Assembly: GCA_029268645.1 (NCBI GenBank)
Contig: JAQWNI010000248.1
Span: forward strand, 4,346 to 68,345
Reading direction: 5' to 3'
DNA from: Myxococcota bacterium
Lineage (GTDB): Bacteria; Myxococcota_A; UBA9160; UBA4427
Length of the DNA stretch: 64,000 bases
Below, one piece after another: positions 30,074 to 39,598 of the stretch; positions within the stretch are counted from its first letter, which is position 1, and every line of letters starts with the position of its first letter. The translations under genes and the position numbers were made by a program. The notes under the pieces were generated by a model. That model saw only the letters and a list, made by a program, of their open reading frames with translations, was not told the origin of the DNA and searched no databases.

Positions 30074-30086
30074 CCCGTCCTTTGAC

Positions 30087-32105
30087 TTAGCTCGCGAAAG
30101 CCAGGACGACGACGGCGACAAGTGTTCCGGCCCAACCCCATAAGACCACGAGCCCCGCTCGCCCCGCAACTCGTTCAACGCACCGCTTAGCCACGCCGAG
30201 GCCTTGTGCGCAACAAAGGGCTAGTGGCAGCGTGCCGGCGAGCACGTAGGGGGCCTTCGCCTGGGCGTAGAAGGGAAGCCGTAGCGTGATGAAGAAGAGC
30301 GAGAAGCTGAGGACGAAGATCACGCTGGTGAGCAGGGAAAGAATCAATTTGCGCCGTGGGTCCGGGTTGCGAAATGACTCGATCAGAAAAGAAAAGAATC
30401 CGCCGAACATCGCCGCTGTTGCCGGAAGGGCCAGGGCGGGAATCAAGGTCATGAAGTCGTAACGCCAAAACGAATGGCGGGTGGAAACTCGAATCATCCC
30501 GGCGACGAGCCCGTCTGCCCAGAGCGTCGAGTAGATGCCATCCCAAAAAGAAACGAAGCCCGAAAAGAATGGATAGGAGAGGGACTCGCCGAATCTCAGG
30601 TAACTGTCCGCGGAGCGGAAGCCGGGAAGCATCCACCAGGTGGGCTTCCCTGGAACGTCGAGGTTCCAAACGACGGGGTCGCCAAAGAGAATCCAGTTGC
30701 GGACGTAGAACCAGCCCGCGATCGAGGCGGCAACAAGCATCAGGCCGCCACCGGCGGCCAGGACCCTATGAATCGGTTGTCGGTCAACGATCCAGAGCCG
30801 GCTGCTCGCTAATCCGGCAACCAGAGGAGCCAGGGCCAGGCTTGTGAATTTCGTCAGTAGACCGAGGCCGAGAGTCACGCCAAGAAGAAGAGATCGCCGC
30901 CAGACCCAAGCGGGCGCTAGGATCAGTTCCGTTGCTAAGACCAGTGATGCGCTTACCCAGGTCGCATGAAGAGACTCGTTTGAGATGTAAGTCGACATGT
31001 AGAGATTCATTGGGAGAAGTCCGGCGACCGCGATCGCGACAGCCGGGCGAAGCGCTTCTTTAGGCCAAAGCCTTCGGGCCGCTCGGCCCGTTAGCCAGAC
31101 TGTGGTCCAGCCCGATGCCATGGGGATCAGCCTGTATACGCCCGCCGCCCATTCACTCGCTGGGGAGACCCCTGTGATTCGGGAAGCCAACGCAACGAGT
31201 GTGTGAAAGGCCGGAGGGTGGTAGGTCGAGAACCCGTAGTCTGCTGTCGGAGGCTTTCCCTCTTGGACGAGGTAGTCGATATAGGCCAAGTGGGCGTGAG
31301 CATCAAAACCCAGTGGGAGAGGCATTCGGACAGCCTTGTAGAAGTAGAGAACGGCCCAGACCGTGCTGACGAAGAAGAGGGTGATCGTCGGAGCGTGACG
31401 GCGAACGCCCTCAGGCGCCCGGCCCATAATCCCCCAGGCTAGGCCAGCCGAAACCACGAAGAGTCCAAACAGAGCCGGCCCGTGAGTCTGGGCGACTCGC
31501 CATGCGGGAGGCACTTGGCGCGATTCCGGGTGGATTTGGGAATCCTGGGCGAAAACTGCCGGCCGCGGAGAACCACGGGGGCCGACCACGGTCCAATCGC
31601 GACCCGTCGAAAGAGCTTCGGTCCCGGGACCGCTCAGAGAGAGCGCAAGCAATGGAGGCCCATGGACATTGCGCACCGTGGCCCGGAGTTCATTTCGACC
31701 GGGTCGGAGCCAACGGCCGACATCGATCTCGAACCCCTGCTTCCAGTTGTCGCCGTTTGCAGGGGCGACTTCAATCTTCCGTCCGTTGATTTCCAGTTCG
31801 AGGGTGCGCAAGGCGCGACCACGGAGCAGCGTCTCATTTGACGGTTGGGTCGATTCGAAACGCCGGACGAATGTGAAGCTCGGTGGGCTTTCGGGGAGGA
31901 CCGCAATTAAATCGGCGGTTGGTCGCCAAGGGGAGGTGATCCATTCGCCGGTGTCTGCGCGGGTAATAAAGGGCACCTCGTCGTCGATGAGCGTGGCCCG
32001 GCCGAGGGCAAGGGCGGCGCCTGCAAGCATCAGGCCCCAGGCGATCCATTGGATACGCAGCAAGGTTAATGTGCGCAAAGGCGGGGCGGGAGTGGCCCGA
32101 TTCAT
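30087..32105 (-). CDS. GT-C fold (ArnT/PMT-like) glycosyltransferase with N-terminal galactose-binding-like domain
   Basis: GFDAHAH, YHPPAFH, ISNESL, GLLTKFTS, multiple TMs; ATGA overlap with the upstream GT2. Confidence 0.75.
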   Translation of the reverse strand: MNRATPAPPLRTLTLLRIQWIAWGLMLAGAALALGRATLIDDEVPFITRADTGEWITSPWRPTADLIAVLPESPPSFTFVRRFESTQPSNETLLRGRALRTLELEINGRKIEVAPANGDNWKQGFEIDVGRWLRPGRNELRATVRNVHGPPLLALSLSGPGTEALSTGRDWTVVGPRGSPRPAVFAQDSQIHPESRQVPPAWRVAQTHGPALFGLFVVSAGLAWGIMGRAPEGVRRHAPTITLFFVSTVWAVLYFYKAVRMPLPLGFDAHAHLAYIDYLVQEGKPPTADYGFSTYHPPAFHTLVALASRITGVSPASEWAAGVYRLIPMASGWTTVWLTGRAARRLWPKEALRPAVAIAVAGLLPMNLYMSTYISNESLHATWVSASLVLATELILAPAWVWRRSLLLGVTLGLGLLTKFTSLALAPLVAGLASSRLWIVDRQPIHRVLAAGGGLMLVAASIAGWFYVRNWILFGDPVVWNLDVPGKPTWWMLPGFRSADSYLRFGESLSYPFFSGFVSFWDGIYSTLWADGLVAGMIRVSTRHSFWRYDFMTLIPALALPATAAMFGGFFSFLIESFRNPDPRRKLILSLLTSVIFVLSFSLFFITLRLPFYAQAKAPYVLAGTLPLALCCAQGLGVAKRCVERVAGRAGLVVLWGWAGTLVAVVVLAFAS

Positions 32106-32893
32106 TCCTTGGCCGTACCCGTCTCGGAAGGCCATCGTGTGGCGCGCGCGCCGAGGTATCGCCGATGAAGCTTGCGCAATGCGATGGAGGCGCGTAGGAA
32201 ATCAAGAGCACGGACCTTGGACCCCCCGACGTCGACCCATGAATCCAGGGGGAATTCGTAGAGCACATTTTCGATCGGCGGTCGTCCATCCCAACGGCTG
32301 GCAGCCATTCGGCGCGCGAGAATCTCGACGTCAAAAATCCAGCCGCCTTCGAAGGGCTCTGTGAAAAGTTTTCTATTCGAATCGATATTCCGAAAGAGCT
32401 TGGCACCGCATTGTGTGTCGTAGACGGCCAGCCCCAAGGTCACGGAAGCGATCGTTGCAAAGACCCGACCCAGATAGTGACGTACTCGGTTCCGTTCAAT
32501 CCTTCGTCCAACCAATTGGACACGGGCGCCAAACACCATTTCGATTTCGGCGTTCTCATTGAGGATTCGACGTAGTGGTTGAATTTGATGAAGCGGTGCA
32601 GCGAGGTCTGCATCGAAATACCCAGCATTCTGGCACCCCAATTCGAATGCTCGCTGCATGCCCCGGCGGACGGCTTCGGCTTTTCCGAGGTTGATTTCCT
32701 GGTCAATGACGGTGATTCGATGTGGATTCTTTTCCTCGATCGAGCGAAGCACGGCAAGCGTCCCATCCCGGCTTCCATCATTGACGAGGATGAAGTCGGT
32801 TTGGGCATCCTGCTGTAAATGTGCCATGAAGGCTTCTGCGGGAAGCCGGTGGGCTTCGTTGAAGCAGGGAACGACGATGAAGGTCTCGGGCAT
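32102..32893 (-). CDS. GT2, polyprenyl-phosphate sugar synthase-like (ALG5/DPG type)
   Basis: VVPCFNE, VNDGSRD, NLGKAEAV, DADL, DTQCGAKLF, WIFDVE. Confidence 0.9.
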   Translation of the reverse strand: MPETFIVVPCFNEAHRLPAEAFMAHLQQDAQTDFILVNDGSRDGTLAVLRSIEEKNPHRITVIDQEINLGKAEAVRRGMQRAFELGCQNAGYFDADLAAPLHQIQPLRRILNENAEIEMVFGARVQLVGRRIERNRVRHYLGRVFATIASVTLGLAVYDTQCGAKLFRNIDSNRKLFTEPFEGGWIFDVEILARRMAASRWDGRPPIENVLYEFPLDSWVDVGGSKVRALDFLRASIALRKLHRRYLGARATRWPSETGTAKE

Positions 32894-33009
32894 GCGACTG
32901 TCAGTCTACCCCGACCCTGGAGATCTGCCTGGGGGGCCTTTATCTTGCTGGGGCATCATCGGACTGGCCGATGCACCGTGTCGTCTGCGATGGGCGGGGG
33001 AAGGGCGAT

Positions 33010-34725
33010 GTGACCGATTCGGGGAAGTTGGACGAGCAGGGGGCCGAAGGAGGGCGTCGAGGCGTTTTCTTGGTGTTCTTCGTGCTTATGGCGCTGCTCT
33101 ATGGCGTTCTGCAGTTGGGTTCTCTTGGTCATCCTCTCTTTTGGCAGGACGAGGGCGAGACGGCCATGTTCGGTCGTCGGATTCTGGAATTTGGATTCCC
33201 TAAAGTGCACGGATCCGAAGGCGTTGTTTATGGAATGGGGATCCCCCTCGAGGTCGGGACCGATTTAGATCAGGATTCTTACCGAGGAAGCCTTTGGGGG
33301 CAGTACTACGCCGCCGCACTGGGCGTAGCCTGGGCAGACGGCTCAGACGACGTGTATGAGAAGACAGCGCGGGTGCGGTTGCCCTTTGTTTTGGCTGGGC
33401 TGCTGGGCTTGCTGGCTCTGCTCTCCTCCTTCTGGAAGGAGCTAGCGGCTCGTTCTGGGCATGCTCTGCCCGCTGCCACGGTTTTTATGGCTCTGTTGTG
33501 TGCGTCGACTTCCCTTCAATTGCATTTGCGGGAGGCCCGCTACTACGGCCTCGTTGTTGGGGCCGTTGGGCTTGCAGTTGCCTGTGTGCGTTCCTTGTTG
33601 GTTTGCCGGGGTGGGGTTGGGGCGTGGCTTAGGTCGCTCGCACTTGGCGGCATTCTGGTGGGTCTTCTCAATGTTTTCTATCCGGCGGCGCTTGCGGTGA
33701 TGGGTTGGATCGTCCTCGAAACGTGGATCGGTGGGCTCAAAGCGCGTCGGCAGGGGCTTGCGTGGGGTTTGCGATCCACTTGGCTCCTGATGCCAGTCGG
33801 CCTAGCGCTCTTCGCGGCGATTTACTTGGCCGTGACCTTCGATGTGTTGACGGTTTCTCGCGCCTTGGCTTCCCGTTGGCCCTTCGGTCCGAAGCTCTAT
33901 CTAGAAAACCTGGTTCATCTCGGGATCTTTCTTTTTCGTTGGGAATTCTTGGGTCTCCTGGTCGTAGTTGAGGCTCTTCTTTTTTGGCTGGGCCGGCGCG
34001 GCCCCCGGCTCAAAGTAGACCGGCGGCCTGCATGGTCGCTTCTTCGGCTGGCGGGCTGGTTGGGCGGCGTGGGGGCGTTCAATCCCGTTTTCTTTGAACG
34101 CTATTTCGTCGCGCTGAGCCCTTTGATCTCTCTCTCGTTGGTTCTAGAGGGGGAAGTTTTGATCGAACGCCTCGGGTTACGCAATGCCTCGGGGAGAACT
34201 CTGCGAACAGGGGTTCTAGGGACGGTATTGGGGGTCGCGGTGCTGACTCTCTGGCTGCGCACGGGAGAGATCCTTGGGCATGCGGATGAAGTCTTGAATC
34301 CGGTCTCGGGGCCCATCGATCATGTGGTTGAGGTGATTGGGACCGAGGAGACAAGCCCCCAGGAAGTCATCATCGCAACCAACTATGAAGCCGAGCCCCT
34401 GATGTTCTACCTCGGGAGTCGCGTCCTCGGCCGATTCGAATCCGGTTCCTTGGAAGACCTCGAGCGTGCCGGTCGGGAGCAGCCGGGCTGGGTAATCCCT
34501 CGAACGGCCCAGCCCCGGGGCCTGGAAGCGGTACGCCGCTATCTCCTACGGGGCGATTTTGAAGCCCTAAGGCTTCCTGTGGCCGACATGCCCTACAACC
34601 ACTTGCCCGAACTTTACTCTGGTCGCGTTCTGAGCGAGACCCATTGGTTCGAGTCGCCAGCTCCGAGTTCGGGGAGACCGAATTTGATCATTTATCGGCG
34701 GTCGCAGGTCCGTGACCTGAATTAG
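33010..34725 (+). CDS. GT-C fold membrane glycosyltransferase
   Basis: TM1 followed by FWQDEGET, ARVRLPF, REARYYGL, FERYF, periplasmic C-terminal domain. Confidence 0.7.
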   Translation: MTDSGKLDEQGAEGGRRGVFLVFFVLMALLYGVLQLGSLGHPLFWQDEGETAMFGRRILEFGFPKVHGSEGVVYGMGIPLEVGTDLDQDSYRGSLWGQYYAAALGVAWADGSDDVYEKTARVRLPFVLAGLLGLLALLSSFWKELAARSGHALPAATVFMALLCASTSLQLHLREARYYGLVVGAVGLAVACVRSLLVCRGGVGAWLRSLALGGILVGLLNVFYPAALAVMGWIVLETWIGGLKARRQGLAWGLRSTWLLMPVGLALFAAIYLAVTFDVLTVSRALASRWPFGPKLYLENLVHLGIFLFRWEFLGLLVVVEALLFWLGRRGPRLKVDRRPAWSLLRLAGWLGGVGAFNPVFFERYFVALSPLISLSLVLEGEVLIERLGLRNASGRTLRTGVLGTVLGVAVLTLWLRTGEILGHADEVLNPVSGPIDHVVEVIGTEETSPQEVIIATNYEAEPLMFYLGSRVLGRFESGSLEDLERAGREQPGWVIPRTAQPRGLEAVRRYLLRGDFEALRLPVADMPYNHLPELYSGRVLSETHWFESPAPSSGRPNLIIYRRSQVRDLN

Positions 34726-34737
34726 CGAGCGGCTTAT

Positions 34738-35724
34738 TTATCCGCGAAGCCAGAGATCCTGGGCGGCGCTCTTCCAGCCATAGCCGTAGCGAGCGTATCG
34801 CCCACTTGACCACTCTCGGAATACGAGGGGCAGGCGTTTCCAAAAAAAATTGGGCATGGCGGAGCGGCTCCCGGCGTGATCTCGCTTTTCTTCGATCAGT
34901 CGCCGGATCGGACTTCCAGCCGGGAGACCGGGGGCATGATCCTGAAGGCGTTCGAGGGCGAGGCTGAAAAAATCAAATTCCTCTTTGAAGGCGTTTCTGG
35001 CGACTTGCGCTCGGGCTTGGCGAAATTGATCGACTAGGCCCCGCTGCCGAATTCCAATTTGATTCTGGCCGTGGAGGCGGTAGCGAATCAAGGGATCATT
35101 GACGAGCGCGCAGGGCGCCCGGCAGGCAATGATGAACGCAACCCAGGCATCATGGACGCTGGGAAGGTCGGGGAAAGGAAAGAGGATATCGCGAAAATCA
35201 GCACGGAAGGCGAGGGTGGTGCCGGCTGCGACGACCCGGCGAGCAAAAACGGCAGGGGCCTCTCCTTGGCGGACTCGCTCTTGATCGGACGCGTCGAAAA
35301 AGAGTGCATCCCAAAGATCGTCCCCGATGGGAGTCAGGGTTTCGTCTACGATCTCGGCGTTCGAGAAGGCGAGTCCGACATCGGGCCGATTTTCGAAGTT
35401 TTTTGCGAGGGTTTCGATTTTGTGGGTCGCCCAGAGGTCATCTTGGTCTGCAAGAAATATCAGAGAACCTCGGCACATCGAAATGGCTCGTTCAAAATTG
35501 GCGGTGGATCCCTTCCGCTCTTGGGTCCCCTCAAGTCTGACCGGGAACGGAGCGCTCTGGGCGAAGGTCTCGATTTCTCGAACCGTCTGGTCTGTTGAGG
35601 CATCATCGCAGATGACCAGTTCGTCCGGCAGTCGCGTCTGTTCCGCAAGGCTCTGAAGCTGCTGCTGGACAAACGCGCTGCCTTCGCAGGTGGCCATGGC
35701 AATGGAGATTTTTTCGCGAGGCAT
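34738..35724 (-). CDS. GT2 glycosyltransferase (WfgS/rhamnosyltransferase-like)
   Basis: ICDDASTD, ADQDDLW, HDAW, YRLHGQNQIG. Confidence 0.9.
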   Translation of the reverse strand: MPREKISIAMATCEGSAFVQQQLQSLAEQTRLPDELVICDDASTDQTVREIETFAQSAPFPVRLEGTQERKGSTANFERAISMCRGSLIFLADQDDLWATHKIETLAKNFENRPDVGLAFSNAEIVDETLTPIGDDLWDALFFDASDQERVRQGEAPAVFARRVVAAGTTLAFRADFRDILFPFPDLPSVHDAWVAFIIACRAPCALVNDPLIRYRLHGQNQIGIRQRGLVDQFRQARAQVARNAFKEEFDFFSLALERLQDHAPGLPAGSPIRRLIEEKRDHAGSRSAMPNFFWKRLPLVFREWSSGRYARYGYGWKSAAQDLWLRG

Positions 35725-35875
35725 CCGGTCTCCACTCAATCAGCTGGGCGGGCCCATGGGCCACCAACGGCTACGGATCTGCCCGCTCATCTGCTTGCCC
35801 TCCAGTGTATCGCGGGGAATGGATTGCGGGGCACTGAGAATGGATTGGAATCTGTTGCAGAGGTATCTTGAGCAG

Positions 35876-37360
35876 ATGGGCTCCCCGAAACTCTTCGATC
35901 GATGGCCGTCGACCGCGTGGACTCGGGGGCATCGGAGAGTCTTTGATCGCCGCAACTTCACCCTGGGGCCTCCGGCCAAGCTGCTTCCGGGGCTTGGTCT
36001 CGTCGTGCTTTCGATGGTTCTCGCCGCCTGCGGTCCAGATTCTCAGACCCAGCGAATTCAGGATCCAAGGCCTAACGTCTTGTTTATTTCTGTGGATACG
36101 ATTCGGGCGGATCACCTTTCGGCCTATGGCTATGGCCGAGAGACATCGCCTTTTTTGAGCGGTTTGGCCCGCGACGGGGTTCAAGTGCAGGCCGCCTACG
36201 CCCCTTCTGCGACAACGGGCCCAACCCATGCCAGTGTGTTCACCGCGCAGCCTCCGATGGCTCACGGGGTTCGAAAAAACGGTCAGCCTCTGCCGGAAAA
36301 CGAGAAGACCTTGGCCGAGCGCCTTTCGGAAATCGGTTTCGAAACCGGTGCCGTGGTGAGTTCCTATGTACTGAGCGATCGCTTTGGCTATGGCCAAGGC
36401 TTCGATTCTTTCGACGATGATTTCTCCAAATCGAAGACCCCAGTGGGCTCTACTCTTTGGGAAGGCGAAACGATTGAGGAGCGTTTTTACGGTCGCGCGG
36501 ATGACACGACGGATCGTGCTCTTCGCTGGTTGGACGAAAGATCAGATGAGGCCGCACCGTTTTTTCTATTTGTTCACTACTACGATCCGCACGATCCGTA
36601 TGTTCCGCCGGAGAATTTTACGCCACCGTTTGCCCCCGGACGGAAAGAGTCCCTCAAACTCAATCGAACCATTTACCTCTATGATTGGTTGATTGCCTAT
36701 ACGGACCAACAAATCGGACGGCTTCTCGAAGGCTTGGATCTGGCGGGCTTGGCGGAAGACACACTGGTGATCGTGACGGGTGATCATGGAGAGGGCCTCA
36801 TGACTCACGGCCATATGTTTCATGGCGTCCACGTCTACGAGGAAGCCGTAAAAGTCCCCTTGATTCTTCGCTGGCCAGGGCATCTTCCCCAAGGTTTGAA
36901 AGTAGAGGGACCCTTTCCACTGGTTGAGTTGGCGCCTGCGCTTCTTGAGTTGATTGGTGATTCACCGAACGGGCCTTTGGCCTCGGCGGGGAGTGCGAGT
37001 CGCTTGTTGGGGAGAGGGGAATCGGCCGATGAGGAGATTCCGATCTTTCTTTACCGCCGACACTATGCGGATCCTAAGGAAGGCGATGGCCCCACCGCGC
37101 CTCGGGGAGAAAAGTTTGGTGTCCGCCTCGGCGGGTGGAAGTTGATCGTGGGGCCGGCTGAGGGCACCTTGGAACTCTATGGCTTGGTCGATGACCCCCT
37201 GGAGCAGATTAACCTCGCTTCGGAAGAGCCGGAGCGGGTGGCAAGGCTGTCGGCCTTGATCGACGCCTGGCGCCTTGAGCACGAAAGAAATGTCATTGAA
37301 CCGGCCCCGGTTCTTCAGCAGGATCGGGAGCGTCTGAAGGCGCTGGGGTACGTCGAGTGA
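35876..37360 (+). CDS. Sulfatase/alkaline-phosphatase-superfamily lipoprotein
   Basis: Lipobox LAAC, PNVLFISVDTIRAD, TTGPTHAS, DPHDPY, DHGE, LKALGY; start uncertain. Confidence 0.85.
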   Translation: MGSPKLFDRWPSTAWTRGHRRVFDRRNFTLGPPAKLLPGLGLVVLSMVLAACGPDSQTQRIQDPRPNVLFISVDTIRADHLSAYGYGRETSPFLSGLARDGVQVQAAYAPSATTGPTHASVFTAQPPMAHGVRKNGQPLPENEKTLAERLSEIGFETGAVVSSYVLSDRFGYGQGFDSFDDDFSKSKTPVGSTLWEGETIEERFYGRADDTTDRALRWLDERSDEAAPFFLFVHYYDPHDPYVPPENFTPPFAPGRKESLKLNRTIYLYDWLIAYTDQQIGRLLEGLDLAGLAEDTLVIVTGDHGEGLMTHGHMFHGVHVYEEAVKVPLILRWPGHLPQGLKVEGPFPLVELAPALLELIGDSPNGPLASAGSASRLLGRGESADEEIPIFLYRRHYADPKEGDGPTAPRGEKFGVRLGGWKLIVGPAEGTLELYGLVDDPLEQINLASEEPERVARLSALIDAWRLEHERNVIEPAPVLQQDRERLKALGYVE

Positions 37361-38808
37361 TGAAACGGGTCGATTGGCGGGGAAGCTTGTGGCGGCCTCT
37401 CATCAGGTCAGTCTGGGTCATTGTTCTATCGCTGAATGCTTGTTCGGCTGATAAAGGTCCAAGGCCGGATGTCCTACTCATTACCATCGATACATTGAGA
37501 GCCGATTGGATTCATGCCTATGGTTTCGAGGGGGAGACGACGCCGCAAATCGATGCCCTTGCAGCGCGAGGCGTTTTGTTCGAGAAGGCGATTGCAGCAG
37601 CGAGCCTGACGGCCCCCGCCCATGCCTCCATCATGACTTCACGCTACGCGCGGGAACACTCGATTGGGACTTTTAACGGCGAAACACGCCTCTTCGGGGG
37701 TGAGACATTGGCCGAGCGATTTCGAAGCGCGGGATACGAAACAGCTGCTTTTGTCAGCAACATTGTTTTGCGCCGTCGCAGTGGATTGGATCGAGGTTTT
37801 CAGACCTACGACGATGAACTGGAAGATTCTGAAGTTAACCGGGCGGCGTATTTCGAGCGCGTAGCAGCCAAAACGGCGGCGCGGGCAATGGACTGGTTGG
37901 CGAGTCGCCCCCGAAACCAGCCGGTTTTCGTTTGGCTCCATCTTCAGGATCCTCATGGACCGTATACCCCTCCTGAGGAATTTGAGGGCCAGGTGGGGGA
38001 TTGGCCGCTACGTATGAAGCGGCCACTGCCGTTCTTGAAGAACAATATTGGTAGGGCCGGGATTCCCGCCTATCAGGCCCTGAATGATGTCCGACAGCCT
38101 GAGTTTTACGCCGGCCGATATGGTGAGGAGCTGCTGTATGCGGACTACTGGGTGGGCGAGGTGGTCGAATTTTTCGAAACGCGGGCGGCCCCACGTGGTG
38201 GAATCGTTTTGCTGACAGCGGATCATGGCGAGAGCATGGGTGAACTGGGGTGGTTTTTTCAGCACGGGCACGCCACGACACCCGATCTCGCCCGCGTTCC
38301 GCTGTTGGTTGTCGCTCCGGGGGCCTCATCGAGTCGAGTCGAGTCGCTCGTGAGCCACGTCGACATTGCCCCCACTCTTCTTGATCTTGCCGGGTTGAAC
38401 CCTCTTCCACATTCGAGCGGACTTTCTTTGGCTCCCGTGATCTTTGGGGCTGCTCCAGGGGAATCCCGTTCGATTTTTACCGACACAGACGGAGAAGCGG
38501 CGGTCTACACAGCGAACCGGTTGACCCGTTTGAGTAGCCCTCAGCTTGTTGGAAATTACAGTGGCCCGCCGCACCCCCCAGAGGTTCAAACTTTGGAATG
38601 GGGAGAGGAGGGACCGTGGAAAAACCTCGAGAATGATGTCGAAGCTACTGAGCTGCTGATGCGCTACATCCAAAACAGCGCCCCACTTACGTCTGCGGAA
38701 GCGATGCGCCCGGAGCATATTGAGCAACTCAGGGCACTGGGCTATTTGCCTCCGGAAGACGAGCGGGGCGAGACCGATTCCAGTCAGAGTGCGCCTTCTT
38801 CACGATGA
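37357..38808 (+). CDS. Sulfatase/alkaline-phosphatase-superfamily lipoprotein
   Basis: Lipobox-like LNAC, IDTLRAD, LTAPAHAS, DPHGPY, DHGE, LRALGY. Confidence 0.85.
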   Translation: MMKRVDWRGSLWRPLIRSVWVIVLSLNACSADKGPRPDVLLITIDTLRADWIHAYGFEGETTPQIDALAARGVLFEKAIAAASLTAPAHASIMTSRYAREHSIGTFNGETRLFGGETLAERFRSAGYETAAFVSNIVLRRRSGLDRGFQTYDDELEDSEVNRAAYFERVAAKTAARAMDWLASRPRNQPVFVWLHLQDPHGPYTPPEEFEGQVGDWPLRMKRPLPFLKNNIGRAGIPAYQALNDVRQPEFYAGRYGEELLYADYWVGEVVEFFETRAAPRGGIVLLTADHGESMGELGWFFQHGHATTPDLARVPLLVVAPGASSSRVESLVSHVDIAPTLLDLAGLNPLPHSSGLSLAPVIFGAAPGESRSIFTDTDGEAAVYTANRLTRLSSPQLVGNYSGPPHPPEVQTLEWGEEGPWKNLENDVEATELLMRYIQNSAPLTSAEAMRPEHIEQLRALGYLPPEDERGETDSSQSAPSSR

Positions 38809-38871
38809 CACAGGGAAAAGCCCCGTGCTTTTTGTGTCTCTACGCAATGATCCAATGATAGACTCCGGGGT

Positions 38872-39594
38872 ATGTATCGAGGCCTTTCGGTCATTGCCAT
38901 TGCCCCCGTTTTAGACGAGGAAGTCAAAGTGGGCGACGTGGTGCGTCGGACACCTCGTCCCTTAGTTGATGCCGTCCTCATCGTTGATGATGGCTCAACG
39001 GACCGGTCCGCAGAGGTGGCTCGGAGCTTGGGCGCTCGTGTCCATTCGATGGGCCGGGTGGCCGGCGTGGGGGCCGCGATCCGTGCAGGTTATCGTATCG
39101 CGGTGGAGGAAGGATTCGACGTTGCCGTCGTGATGGCCGGCAACAATAAAGATGCGCCGGAGGAGATTCCGATTCTGTTGGATCCGATCGTCGAGGGAAA
39201 AGCTGATTTCGTGCAAGGTTCGCGCTTCTTGAAGAAGGATCGCAATTTTGGACCGATGCCGCTCTATCGTCGCTGGGCGACCCGGATCCATCCTCTGCTC
39301 TTTTCTTGGGTTGCAGGGCGTCGGGTTTCCGAATCAACCAACGGATTTCGAGCCATTCGTAGAGAAGTTCTGACCGATCCTCGGCTCGATTTGGATCAGG
39401 ACTGGCTGGATGAATATGAACTTGAACCCTACCTCTATATCCGAACGATTCGATTGAATTACCGTACCGCCGAGGTGCCCGTAACTAAGATTTACCCTCC
39501 GCGGAGCCTTGGCCAAACTAAGATGAAGCCGATCATTGGGTGGTGGTCTATGCTGCGCCCTCTCGTGTTCCTCGGTCTGCGGATGAGGAAATAG
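38872..39594 (+). CDS. GT2, polyprenol-monophosphate sugar synthase-like (DPM1 type)
   Basis: VDDGSTD, GVGAAIRAG, FVQGSRF, STNGFRA; DxD position reads AGN. Confidence 0.85.
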   Translation: MYRGLSVIAIAPVLDEEVKVGDVVRRTPRPLVDAVLIVDDGSTDRSAEVARSLGARVHSMGRVAGVGAAIRAGYRIAVEEGFDVAVVMAGNNKDAPEEIPILLDPIVEGKADFVQGSRFLKKDRNFGPMPLYRRWATRIHPLLFSWVAGRRVSESTNGFRAIRREVLTDPRLDLDQDWLDEYELEPYLYIRTIRLNYRTAEVPVTKIYPPRSLGQTKMKPIIGWWSMLRPLVFLGLRMRK

Positions 39595-39598
39595 AACG

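Noticed and set aside
29789-30085. 98-aa + strand ORF in the pcrA downstream gap
   Set aside because: No clear RBS or protein motifs; it runs through the RNA structure and the terminator hairpin
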